32,000 bases of DNA from NCBI GenBank assembly GCA_963704755.1, contig OY969938.1, positions 390,001 through 422,000 on the forward strand. The letters run 5' to 3'. The stretch comes from an uncultured Chloroflexia bacterium. GTDB lineage: Bacteria; Chloroflexota; Anaerolineae; Anaerolineales; Anaerolineaceae. Numbering within the stretch: the stretch's first letter is position 1; every line of letters begins with the position of its first letter. This document shows, in pieces, positions 9,243-17,329 of the stretch. The notes below the pieces were generated by a model. It saw only the letters and a program-made list of their open reading frames with translations, was not told where the DNA came from and ran no database searches. The translations under genes and the position numbers were made by a program.

Positions 9243-10510
9243 AACGCCTGCCTGGCGTATCCCCGGCTTTGAAAGCCGGACTACGCTACCAAAACACCGG
9301 TCCGGCCAGGCGCATGGAAAGGGCAATTTGATATTTCGACGTTCGGGCCGGTCTCCAGACCGAGCCCGCTCTTCAACACGAGCGTATCATTAAACCAACA
9401 TCCATCAGGTCGATTCCGACCCGGCTAAGCGCTTACCGAGCAGGATTTTAGCTAGGGGTGTAACCCTTGCCAAAAGAGAGACCCGCGCAGGTGGGTCTTT
9501 GTGTATTCGTAGGTGCAGCTTTAGCTGCAACCGGTTAGGTCAACGCATTAGGTTCAACCGCAATGCCTGATTGGCCAAACGCATTCCCGGCTTTGAAAGC
9601 CGGGCTACGCTACCAAAACACCGATCCGGCCAGGCGCATGGAAAGGGCAATTTGATATTTCGACGTTCGGGCCGGTCTCCAGACCGAGCCCGCTCTTCAA
9701 CACGAGTATATCGTCAAACCAACATCCATCGGGTCGATTCCAACCCGGCTAAGCGCCGGCCGGGCAGGATTTCTGGCTAGGGGTGTAACCCTTGCCAAAA
9801 GAGAGACCCACGCAGGTGGGTCTTTGTGTATTTGTAGGTGCAGCTTGAGCTGCAACCGGTTCGGTCAACGCATTGGGTTCATCAACCGCAATGCCTGATT
9901 GGCCAAACGCATTCCCGGCTTTGAAAGCCGGGCTACGCTACCAAAACACCGGTCCGGCCAGGCGCTTGGAAAGGGCAATTTGATAATTCGACGTTCGGGC
10001 CGGTCTCCAGACCGAGCCCGCTCTTCAACCTGAACATATCTCAAACCAACATCCATCAGGTCGATTCCAATCCGGCTAAGCGCTGGCCGGGCAGGATTCT
10101 GGCTAGGGGTGTAACCCTTGCCAAAAGAGAGACCCACGCAGGTGGGTCTTTGTGTATTTGTAGGTGTAGCTTGAGCTGCAACCGGTTCGGTCAACGCATT
10201 GGGTTCGTCAACCGCAATGCCTGATTGGCCAAACGCAATCCCGGCTTTAAAAGCCGGGCTACGCTACCGAAACGCCCAATCTGAGCCTACGCTTGGAAAG
10301 GGCAATTTGATAATTCGACGTTCGGGCCGGTCTCCAGACCGAGCCCGCTCTTCAACATGAAGATATCGTCAAACCAACATCCATCAGGTCGATTCCAACC
10401 CGGCTAAGCGCCGGCCGGGCAGGATTCTGGCGATGGGTGTAACCCTTGCCAAAAGAGAGACCCACGCAGGTGGGCCTTTGTGTTTTCGTAGGTGCAGCTT
10501 TAGCTGCCAA
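9243..10510 (+). repeat. Tandem array of four ~325-nt hairpin-rich non-coding units (possible tandem structured RNA genes)
   Basis: The landmark hairpin CCCGGCTTTGAAAGCCGGG recurs at 9262, 9586, 9914 and 10240, giving periods of 324, 328 and 326 nt. Copies are roughly 90-95% identical by eye. The last copy is truncated near 10510. The strand assignment is tentative and rests on G-U-compatible stem substitutions. Confidence 0.9.
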
Positions 10511-10542
10511 CAATCAACTCGAATCAGGCGAGGGGTGGGGTC

Positions 10543-11727
10543 TTACTCCCCCGCCCCCGAGCGGATCCACAACATGACCAGTTGCAGCTCGGCATCCAGC
10601 AGCTTGCCGGGATGGTTACCGCCCTGCACCATGGTAACCAGGGGGCTGCTCTGCGGATCACCGGGTACAATGACCGGCCCATTCAACCCACCTTTCATAA
10701 TATCCGCATAAGTCAGCACCGACAATTCGCCCATGGCCGTCTCGCCGTGACAGGTGCCGCAGCGCGCCTGCAAGATTGCGCTGATGCCCGTGTTCCAGGT
10801 CATCGGTACCAGGGTCGGGCTGCCGGGCAAAGTCGGCGCCGGTGTGGTGGTCGGCAGATGGGTAGCCAACGGAGTGGGGGTTTGCCGGGAGTAGGGTGTA
10901 CTGACCAACCCCTGCACCGGCGGGATGGTGGTCAGCGCAGTTTGCTCCAGCGAAACGAACCGGTATACCCCAAATACCAGCAGCACTGTCACGATACCGG
11001 CGATAGGGAAATAGATCGCCTGGCGTTTTTTTATTTCAGGCGCCGGCGGCAATGGCTTTTCGCCCCCGGAGTCCATTTCTTCCATCTCGAGCTCGTGCTC
11101 TTCTTCCATCTGGTCACGCGACATCTTACCGGTGAACATGCTCGCGTTCCAGTGCTTGATATGAACGTTGTAAAAATGCCAGATGATGATCGCCAGCACG
11201 GCCAGGATGGCCTCAGCCCCATGCGCAGCCTTGGCGGCCGGGACGAATTGTCCCGGCAAAATATCGGTCACACGGATCGGGTTCCACATCATGAAACCGG
11301 TAATGGCCATGATGGCCAATCCCCAGACCAGTGCCCAATACTCCATCTTCTCACCGAAGTTATAACGCCCCATCTTAGGCCGTTCTTTGGCCAGGCCCAG
11401 GTTGTAGAGCAGGTTCTGGATGAAATCGCGCAGGTCCTGATAACCCGGCAGCATGGTCGGCTCTTTGCGCTGCACGTACAGCTTATAGCCAATTTCGATC
11501 AGGTGGTAGATCGATTGCAGCATGAAGATAACCGCGGCGGTGCGGTGGATAATGCGGGTAATCTGAATCCCGCCCAGGAAGGTGATTATCGATATCGCCA
11601 CCGAGGTCTGCGAAAACTTCTGCGCTAGCCCGGTCACGGCCAGAGTGGTGAAGGTCAGGATCAGGACGATGTGCTCGATACGCTGGAGGATATTAAAGCG
11701 AGGATAGGCTTTTTTCGACTGTGCCAT
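10543..11727 (-). CDS. Cytochrome b (FdnI/HydC-like, 4 TM) fused to a C-terminal monoheme cytochrome c domain
   Basis: 394 aa, with AGGAGG upstream of the ATG at 11727. The N-terminus reads YPRFNILQRIEHIVLILTFTTLAVTGL, and conserved His residues lie in the TM helices. A fifth TM helix follows. The C-terminus reads CGTCHG...GGLNGPVIVPGDPQSSPL (PSCyt1-like c-type domain). Confidence 0.8.
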   Translation of the reverse strand: MAQSKKAYPRFNILQRIEHIVLILTFTTLAVTGLAQKFSQTSVAISIITFLGGIQITRIIHRTAAVIFMLQSIYHLIEIGYKLYVQRKEPTMLPGYQDLRDFIQNLLYNLGLAKERPKMGRYNFGEKMEYWALVWGLAIMAITGFMMWNPIRVTDILPGQFVPAAKAAHGAEAILAVLAIIIWHFYNVHIKHWNASMFTGKMSRDQMEEEHELEMEEMDSGGEKPLPPAPEIKKRQAIYFPIAGIVTVLLVFGVYRFVSLEQTALTTIPPVQGLVSTPYSRQTPTPLATHLPTTTPAPTLPGSPTLVPMTWNTGISAILQARCGTCHGETAMGELSVLTYADIMKGGLNGPVIVPGDPQSSPLVTMVQGGNHPGKLLDAELQLVMLWIRSGAGE

Positions 11728-11729
11728 GG

Positions 11730-12989
11730 CTAATCCTCCTTCCCCTCTTCCAATCCGCTGGCGGAATCAGGCGGCGCGTTCTCTGGCTGCGAATTTCCCG
11801 TATCTGCCTCATTCTTGGGTGACTCGGGCAGCGGCCCTTCAGGCGCCGGCGGGGCCAGCTTCTTGCGCCGGTTCACCACCGTCTTGCGGTAGATATCGCT
11901 AACCACAAAGACACCCATCACCCCCAGCACGCCCGGGATGAAGAATTTATAGAACAGGTTGACGTAATACACCACCGGGTATTTGGTTGGGCTGGGGATG
12001 TAGTGGCTCAACCAGGCATCCGGAAAATTGGTCGTGGCATCCGGATGGCAGCGCTGGCAGGCCGCCAAAATATTTTGCTTGATCTCCAGGCCTTTGTTGG
12101 GGTCATCGACTTTGGCGATGTTATGCACCCCGTGGCAGTCGTAGCAGACTGGTACGTTGACCGCCTGGTCCGGGTCGATTTTATCGAAGAGCGCATAAGT
12201 CGTCCCGTGGAAATCGGACAGGTAAGTGGACAGGACTTGCGTCGAAATACCATACTTATCCATAATGGCTTTGTTGGTATGGCAGCTTGCGCAAATTTGC
12301 GGCGAGGACAGCCGGAAAGTATTGTTCCCCTCCGGCCCGGCGATGGTATGCACCCCGTGGCAGTCGATACAGGAGGGCACATCCGGGTTTTTATCCACCA
12401 TCACGCCTTGCCCGTGCACACTGTTGAGGTATTCTTCATAAATTGTATTATGGCATTGGGCGCAGACCAGGGCCGTGGCCGCATGTTCGGCCGGGGTTAA
12501 TTTGCCATCAGCCGTTTTTTGAATAATCGTTTGGGTGTGGGGGTTGTGGCAGTCGGCGCAGATCGGCGCGTTCGTGTTGCCGGCCTGCATGATCTTCGTA
12601 TGGGCGCTGTCCATCAATTCATTTTTCTGGGTAGGATGGCACTGGTTGCAGGTACTGGTATATTGCAGGGTATATTCGCGGTGGCTCTGAGCGCTGTTTT
12701 GCGGATGGGGATAATCGCTGATATTCGTGTGGCAGACCTGGCAGTCCAGGGTCGCATGGGCCGAATTGCCATAGTGATTGGGGTCTACGGTTACCGAGAT
12801 CACATCCCCGTTGGGAAACGCCATAGTGATGTCCGGCTGCAAGTGGCAGCTCAGGCATTTGGCGTTATTGGGCAGTTGAGCAGCCGGCGCGTTGACCGCA
12901 TCGGCGGCCACCGGCCGGCCGTTCTTGCCCAGCACAAAGACCACCCCAATCACCAGGATAACTGCCAGCAGGCTGATTACCGGGATCAA
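11730..12989 (-). CDS. Nonaheme c-type cytochrome with N- and C-terminal TM anchors
   Basis: 419 aa with nine CxxCH motifs: CLSCH, CQVCH, CNQCH, CADCH, CAQCH, CIDCH, CASCH, CYDCH and CQRCH. The only in-frame start after the upstream stop is TTG at 12989, with no nearby SD, so the start has moderate confidence. Confidence 0.8.
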   Translation of the reverse strand: MIPVISLLAVILVIGVVFVLGKNGRPVAADAVNAPAAQLPNNAKCLSCHLQPDITMAFPNGDVISVTVDPNHYGNSAHATLDCQVCHTNISDYPHPQNSAQSHREYTLQYTSTCNQCHPTQKNELMDSAHTKIMQAGNTNAPICADCHNPHTQTIIQKTADGKLTPAEHAATALVCAQCHNTIYEEYLNSVHGQGVMVDKNPDVPSCIDCHGVHTIAGPEGNNTFRLSSPQICASCHTNKAIMDKYGISTQVLSTYLSDFHGTTYALFDKIDPDQAVNVPVCYDCHGVHNIAKVDDPNKGLEIKQNILAACQRCHPDATTNFPDAWLSHYIPSPTKYPVVYYVNLFYKFFIPGVLGVMGVFVVSDIYRKTVVNRRKKLAPPAPEGPLPESPKNEADTGNSQPENAPPDSASGLEEGKED

Positions 12990-13092
12990 AAGGTGAGATC
13001 GATTAAATCGTTAAACCCCATCCAGAATGGTTCTCCTTTGCGAAAGAGGCCCTCCATCCACAACAGGTGGAGGGCCTCTTTTCAATCATGTA

Positions 13093-15297
13093 CTATTGGC
13101 CGGTAGTAGCCGGCCGGACCATCTTGGACATATCTACAGGAACCTCTTTGCCCAGGTCCTGAATGGAATCGTACAAGACTTGCAGCAGATATTTACCGTT
13201 ATGCGCGAATCCGCCCGGATCCTTCATCGAGTATTGGTAATTGTAGGCGGCCTCCATCAAACGAGGCGACCAGGCCGTATAGCCGGTCTCGCCTGCATCC
13301 ACCACACCATTATTATTGGCATCGACGAAGAAGTAGGGGTATGCCTCCGGTGAGTAAGCGATTGGCGTCTGAAGTACCTGGCTGGCATACGCCTGGATGG
13401 TGGTCAGCAGGGTCGCGGTCATGGTATCGACCTCACCCTTCAGGCCTTCCTGGGTATTGCCGTCGCCATCGTAATCGATGCGGGGATCTTCGTAACGGAT
13501 ATCGGCGATATTTTCAACCTGGTGACAGGCCTTGCAAGCGCCTTCGTTGACTTGTTGCGTGTGGGCGTCATGGCAGTCTGCGCAGGTCGAATAATCCGGA
13601 ATGTGCATGAACTGGCCCAGGTATTCTTTACCCGGGTATTCATACACGCCTTTGGCCTCGGTGCCGAACAGGGTTGCCCCGGCGGCGAAGTAGTGCACAT
13701 TCTTGAACCCTAACGAATCGGAAGGCTTATCCGGATCGAGCCCGCTGACTGCCTTGGATACACTCACGGTCGATTCGCGTCCCTGGTGGCAGTTCAGGCA
13801 CAGGTTCGAGGCGTTGTCGCCTTCGAAGCCCAGCTTGGCGCCGCTCGGGAAGGTCACCAGATCGACCTGGTAAACCGCAAAGGTATTCAGATCGGTGTGG
13901 CAGGTTTCGCACATCAAGCCATCCGATACCGGCTGAGAGGTGTTGACCCCTTCGGTGAGGTACTGCGGCAGCCCCTGGGCCGAATGGCACTTCGCACAGG
14001 TGGAAGGCACGCTCCCATCCGCATCCCAATGGCGGAAGGGCTCGGAAGCGCCATCGAAGTGGCCGGCGCTCTCGCGATGCAGCGCCGAGATATCCATCGG
14101 CGAAGGCAGCGCCGAATTCAGGTCTGCGATCGAATCGTACATCAATTCGATGACATATTTGGCCCCATGGGCATAACTGCCCGGGTCCTTGACCACCGTC
14201 TGGTAGTTATAGGCCGCCTTCAACAAACGTGGGGTGAACGACACATACTTGTTTTTGGCAACGGCCTCACCATCATCCACCTGGCCGTTGGCATTGGTAT
14301 CGATAAAGAAATAAGGATAAGCGTCTTCCGAGTATATGATCGGCGAACCGGCCACATCCCGGGCATAGGCCTGGATTTGCTGGTAGAGAATACTCTCGAC
14401 GCCAGCTACCTCGTAGTAGGTCCCTTCGGTGACGTTGCCATCGCCGTCGTAATCGACCAGAGAAGCATTGGTACGGATGTTCTTCAAATCATCCACCGTT
14501 TTAACATCCCTGTGAGTGACAGGGTTCTCGTGACAGTTGCTGCATTCATTAACTTTCACCTGCAGCGAGTGCGGATCATGACAGTCCTGGCAGTTCTGGT
14601 AACCGGTCACGTGGTCAAAACGCACATCATAGGTCTTGCCATCGTACTGGTATCCGCCGGCTACCAGTGAGCCATAGCGGGCTACTGAAGCGGCATAGTA
14701 ATGAATATTGATAAAGCCCAGCGATGGGACGACCGTGTCGTCATTGGCTGCCCCGGAACTGGCAATGGCATCATTCACCTGAACCATCGAAGCGCTGCCC
14801 TGGTGACAGGTCATGCAGACCGCTTCCCGGCCCAACCCGGTCAATTCGGCCCCCGACGGGAACTTGACGGAGGTCAAGGCTTCGGTAGCCGGGCTGTGGC
14901 AGGTCTTGCAATCGATAACCGTCCCGATCGGCGCCGCATTTTCTACACTAAAAACCGCGCTCCCATCCGCACCCACGTAATCCTCAAAGCCGGTCGAACT
15001 GTGGCACTTTGCACATTCTACCGGTACTACTGCCGGGTCGGCCGTATTCCAATGGTTGAACGCCTCTGCCGTCGAATCGGCATGACTGGAACCGGCCCAC
15101 AACGAATAGAAGGGGATCATGTCGCTCATATCGGTTGGCGCCGGGCAGGCGGCGGCTGTGGGACAGGCAGCGACCGTCGGTTGTGGTTCAGGTGTCTGCG
15201 TGGCCGTGGGTGTAACGGTTGAACAAGATGCCAGAACCAGTCCAAGGACTGCTGCAAGACCGGCTAACAGCAGGGCCTTCAGGAGTCTTTTTGTCAT
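13093..15297 (-). CDS. Decaheme c-type cytochrome lipoprotein with internal pentaheme duplication
   Basis: Ten CxxCH motifs. The ATG at 15297 is preceded by GGAG and gives MTKRLLKALLLAGLAAVLGLVLASC (signal peptide plus lipobox LASC). The track start at 15342 is a TTG extension. Confidence 0.85.
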   Translation of the reverse strand: MTKRLLKALLLAGLAAVLGLVLASCSTVTPTATQTPEPQPTVAACPTAAACPAPTDMSDMIPFYSLWAGSSHADSTAEAFNHWNTADPAVVPVECAKCHSSTGFEDYVGADGSAVFSVENAAPIGTVIDCKTCHSPATEALTSVKFPSGAELTGLGREAVCMTCHQGSASMVQVNDAIASSGAANDDTVVPSLGFINIHYYAASVARYGSLVAGGYQYDGKTYDVRFDHVTGYQNCQDCHDPHSLQVKVNECSNCHENPVTHRDVKTVDDLKNIRTNASLVDYDGDGNVTEGTYYEVAGVESILYQQIQAYARDVAGSPIIYSEDAYPYFFIDTNANGQVDDGEAVAKNKYVSFTPRLLKAAYNYQTVVKDPGSYAHGAKYVIELMYDSIADLNSALPSPMDISALHRESAGHFDGASEPFRHWDADGSVPSTCAKCHSAQGLPQYLTEGVNTSQPVSDGLMCETCHTDLNTFAVYQVDLVTFPSGAKLGFEGDNASNLCLNCHQGRESTVSVSKAVSGLDPDKPSDSLGFKNVHYFAAGATLFGTEAKGVYEYPGKEYLGQFMHIPDYSTCADCHDAHTQQVNEGACKACHQVENIADIRYEDPRIDYDGDGNTQEGLKGEVDTMTATLLTTIQAYASQVLQTPIAYSPEAYPYFFVDANNNGVVDAGETGYTAWSPRLMEAAYNYQYSMKDPGGFAHNGKYLLQVLYDSIQDLGKEVPVDMSKMVRPATTGQ

Positions 15298-15400
15298 TTC
15301 GACTTCTCCATTTACGTTTTTGGGAGTTGGGGTATTTTTCAAAGAGAAAAAGCGATTTGGTGCTTTAATGGACTATTTTTCCTCCTTTTAGTTGATTAAA

Positions 15401-15511
15401 GGTAACTACTCAGGCTAGGTCGGAAATTAAGGGTGTTTTATGTTTTTTCGCGTGCGAAGCACGCGAAAAAACATAAAACACCCCTCTCTTTTGCGATAGC
15501 TGAACAGTGAC
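15401..15511. repeat. Nested-palindrome (MITE-like) element, copy A
   Basis: The outer imperfect inverted repeats are GGTAACTACTCAG and CTGAACAGTGAC. They enclose a perfect 25-bp stem with a 3-nt loop (15431-15483). The element is flanked by the direct repeat GATTAAA (15394-15400 and 15512-15518). Confidence 0.7.
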
Positions 15512-15826
15512 GATTAAAATATCATTAGAAAAATTATACCCATCCACAAAATTAATTCAAGATTAATGCAGCATGAATAAGGTATTAAATGTAATTTTAG
15601 GAAGAAAGTCACATTTCAATTTTGTAAGGTTAACTTTTAGCCGGTTAGTCGGGTCATTTAATGGCTGATTTTTGGAATTCCGGGTTCCATTTTATGATCG
15701 CCCTGGAAGATTAATCCAGAATAGGCTATAACTAATAAATCCGCAGCTTTCAGGGCTTTGAAGCGCTCTGTTCATTAGAAAGAATGCGGGAATCCTATAT
15801 GAGAAATAAGAAAACCAATCATTAAC

Positions 15827-16447
15827 ATGAATCCCAACATTCATCTAACCGAAAATACAAAATTCCCTTCGATTTGTGTCTATGCCGGATCCGCAGACGG
15901 GCTGGCCGACGATTATTTGCAAGGCGCCTACACGCTGGGACAGACCCTGGCTCAAAACGGGATCGCGCTGGTATACGGCGCCGGCAAAACCGGTATGATG
16001 GGCGCCCTGGCAGATGGAGTGTTGCAGACCGGCGGCAAGGTCATCGGCGTCGTCCCGAAAAACCTGAACCAACCCCAATTGATCCACTCGGGGCTGACCG
16101 AATTGGAAGTGCTGCCGGATATTCAGAAGCGTAAGGCCCGTATGAGCGAACTGGCTTCCGGCTTTATCGCCTTGCCGGGCGGCTACGGCACCTTCGACGA
16201 GCTGTTCGAAACCCTTACCTGGGCCCAGCTCCGGATTCATCACAAGCCGGTGGGGTTATTGAACCTGCGCGGTTATTTCGACCTGCTCCTGGGCATGATC
16301 CAGCACGCCAGCGCCGAGGGTTTCATTTATGCCGAGCACCTGGACCTGATGGTTTCGAGCGCTTCTCCCAGCGAACTCCTCGAACAGATGAGCGCCTACC
16401 AGACCCCCGCCGGCCTGGAGCGTTGGGTCAGCCGCAGCGACGTTTAA
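15827..16447 (+). CDS. LOG-family (TIGR00730) nucleotide 5'-monophosphate nucleosidase / cytokinin riboside 5'-monophosphate phosphoribohydrolase-like
   Basis: 206 aa with motifs YGAGKTGMMGA and PGGYGTFDELFE. Confidence 0.85.
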   Translation: MNPNIHLTENTKFPSICVYAGSADGLADDYLQGAYTLGQTLAQNGIALVYGAGKTGMMGALADGVLQTGGKVIGVVPKNLNQPQLIHSGLTELEVLPDIQKRKARMSELASGFIALPGGYGTFDELFETLTWAQLRIHHKPVGLLNLRGYFDLLLGMIQHASAEGFIYAEHLDLMVSSASPSELLEQMSAYQTPAGLERWVSRSDV

Positions 16448-16576
16448 TAAAACAAATTCATGCGAAGAACATAACCCTGGGGTGCTTGTCTGGTGTGGTA
16501 AGCCATCTCAAACAACCGCCCTAAAGAAGACACTTCGGTGAAAGGTTCCTTTTTCGAACCGGCCTGATAAGGAAAT

Positions 16577-17323
16577 ATGACCATGCAAATCTTCCCTGGA
16601 ATTGTCATGCTGGAAGTCCAGTCCGAAGTTCGCGGCCAGCAGCGCATGGTTCGCCCCACTTTGCTGTGGGACGATACCACCGCGATCCTGGTGGATACCG
16701 GCTTTCCCGGCACGTATGCTCAGCTACGCGAAACCATCGATCAATCCGGCTTGCCTTTCAAGCGGATTAACATCATTTACCTCACCCACCAGGACATCGA
16801 TCACGTCGGCAACGTGACGGTCATTCAAAAAGAGCTGCCCGGACAGGTCAAAGTGCTGACCCATCAAGTCGAGGCAGATTATGTCAACGGCACCAAAACA
16901 CCAGAAAAACTGGCCAAACTGGAAGCCAACCTGGAAAAGTCCCCACCGGAAGTGCAAGCCGTATTTCAAGGAATGAAAAGCTTTTACCAGAACAACCCCA
17001 TCCAGGTGAACCAAACCCTGACAGATGGCCAGGTATTGCCATATTGCGGCGGTATCATGGTGATCTACACCCCCGGGCACACCCAGGGGCATTCCTGCCT
17101 GTACCTGCCGGCTGCGCACACACTGGTCGCCGGGGACGCCATGACGGTTGTGGATGGAGAACTGGCCCGCTCACCGGCTTCGAATAATTACGATCAGCAG
17201 ATTTATAGCGAATCCTTGAAAAAGCTGGCCCGTTACGACATCGGCACGGTGATCACTTATCACGGCGGGCTCTACCAGGGTGAGGTCGCCCCGCGCCTGC
17301 TTGAGATCGCCAGAGAAGGCTGA
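16577..17323 (+). CDS. MBL-fold metallo-hydrolase
   Basis: 248 aa, with AAGGA upstream of the ATG. It carries LTHQDIDHVGN (a variant of the HxHxDH motif), TPGHTQGH and a late YHGG. Confidence 0.75.
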   Translation: MTMQIFPGIVMLEVQSEVRGQQRMVRPTLLWDDTTAILVDTGFPGTYAQLRETIDQSGLPFKRINIIYLTHQDIDHVGNVTVIQKELPGQVKVLTHQVEADYVNGTKTPEKLAKLEANLEKSPPEVQAVFQGMKSFYQNNPIQVNQTLTDGQVLPYCGGIMVIYTPGHTQGHSCLYLPAAHTLVAGDAMTVVDGELARSPASNNYDQQIYSESLKKLARYDIGTVITYHGGLYQGEVAPRLLEIAREG

Positions 17324-17329
17324 CGGCTT

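Noticed and set aside
9571-10194. Track ORFs inside the tandem array (9571..9780 + and 9865..10194 -).
   Set aside because: The repeat periods (324, 328, 326) are not all multiples of 3, so the frames are not preserved between copies. The products are Arg/Gly/Pro-rich low-complexity sequences. No start context was seen.
9243-10510. Possible CRISPR array, because of the regularly spaced palindromic repeats.
   Set aside because: The entire ~325-nt unit repeats, and there are no unique spacers between short repeats. The unit length is far outside the CRISPR range. No cas genes are in the window.
10582-14670. Long plus-strand ORFs opposite the cytochrome genes (10582..11628, 12003..12500, 12519..13106, 13786..14670).
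   Set aside because: They lie antisense to genes with TM/His or CxxCH patterns, and they have shadow-frame composition. Nothing supports them independently.
15298-15342. N-terminal extensions given by the ORF track (15342 for the decaheme gene, and likewise 20092 and 21547).
   Set aside because: The 15342 and 20092 extensions start at TTG with no SD. The 21547 extension runs through palindrome C. Internal ATGs with good SD sequences give a proper lipoprotein signal peptide or the flavodoxin N-terminus.
15431-15483. Treating the long perfect palindromes (15431-15483, 21593-21645, 24831-24889) as ordinary rho-independent terminators.
   Set aside because: Copies A and B lie between divergently transcribed genes, where no transcript should end. 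Copy C lies downstream of a separate canonical terminator. Their A/T runs are inside the stems. They also share flanking homology beyond the hairpin. A repeat-element interpretation is kept instead, though a terminator or attenuator role for individual copies is not excluded.
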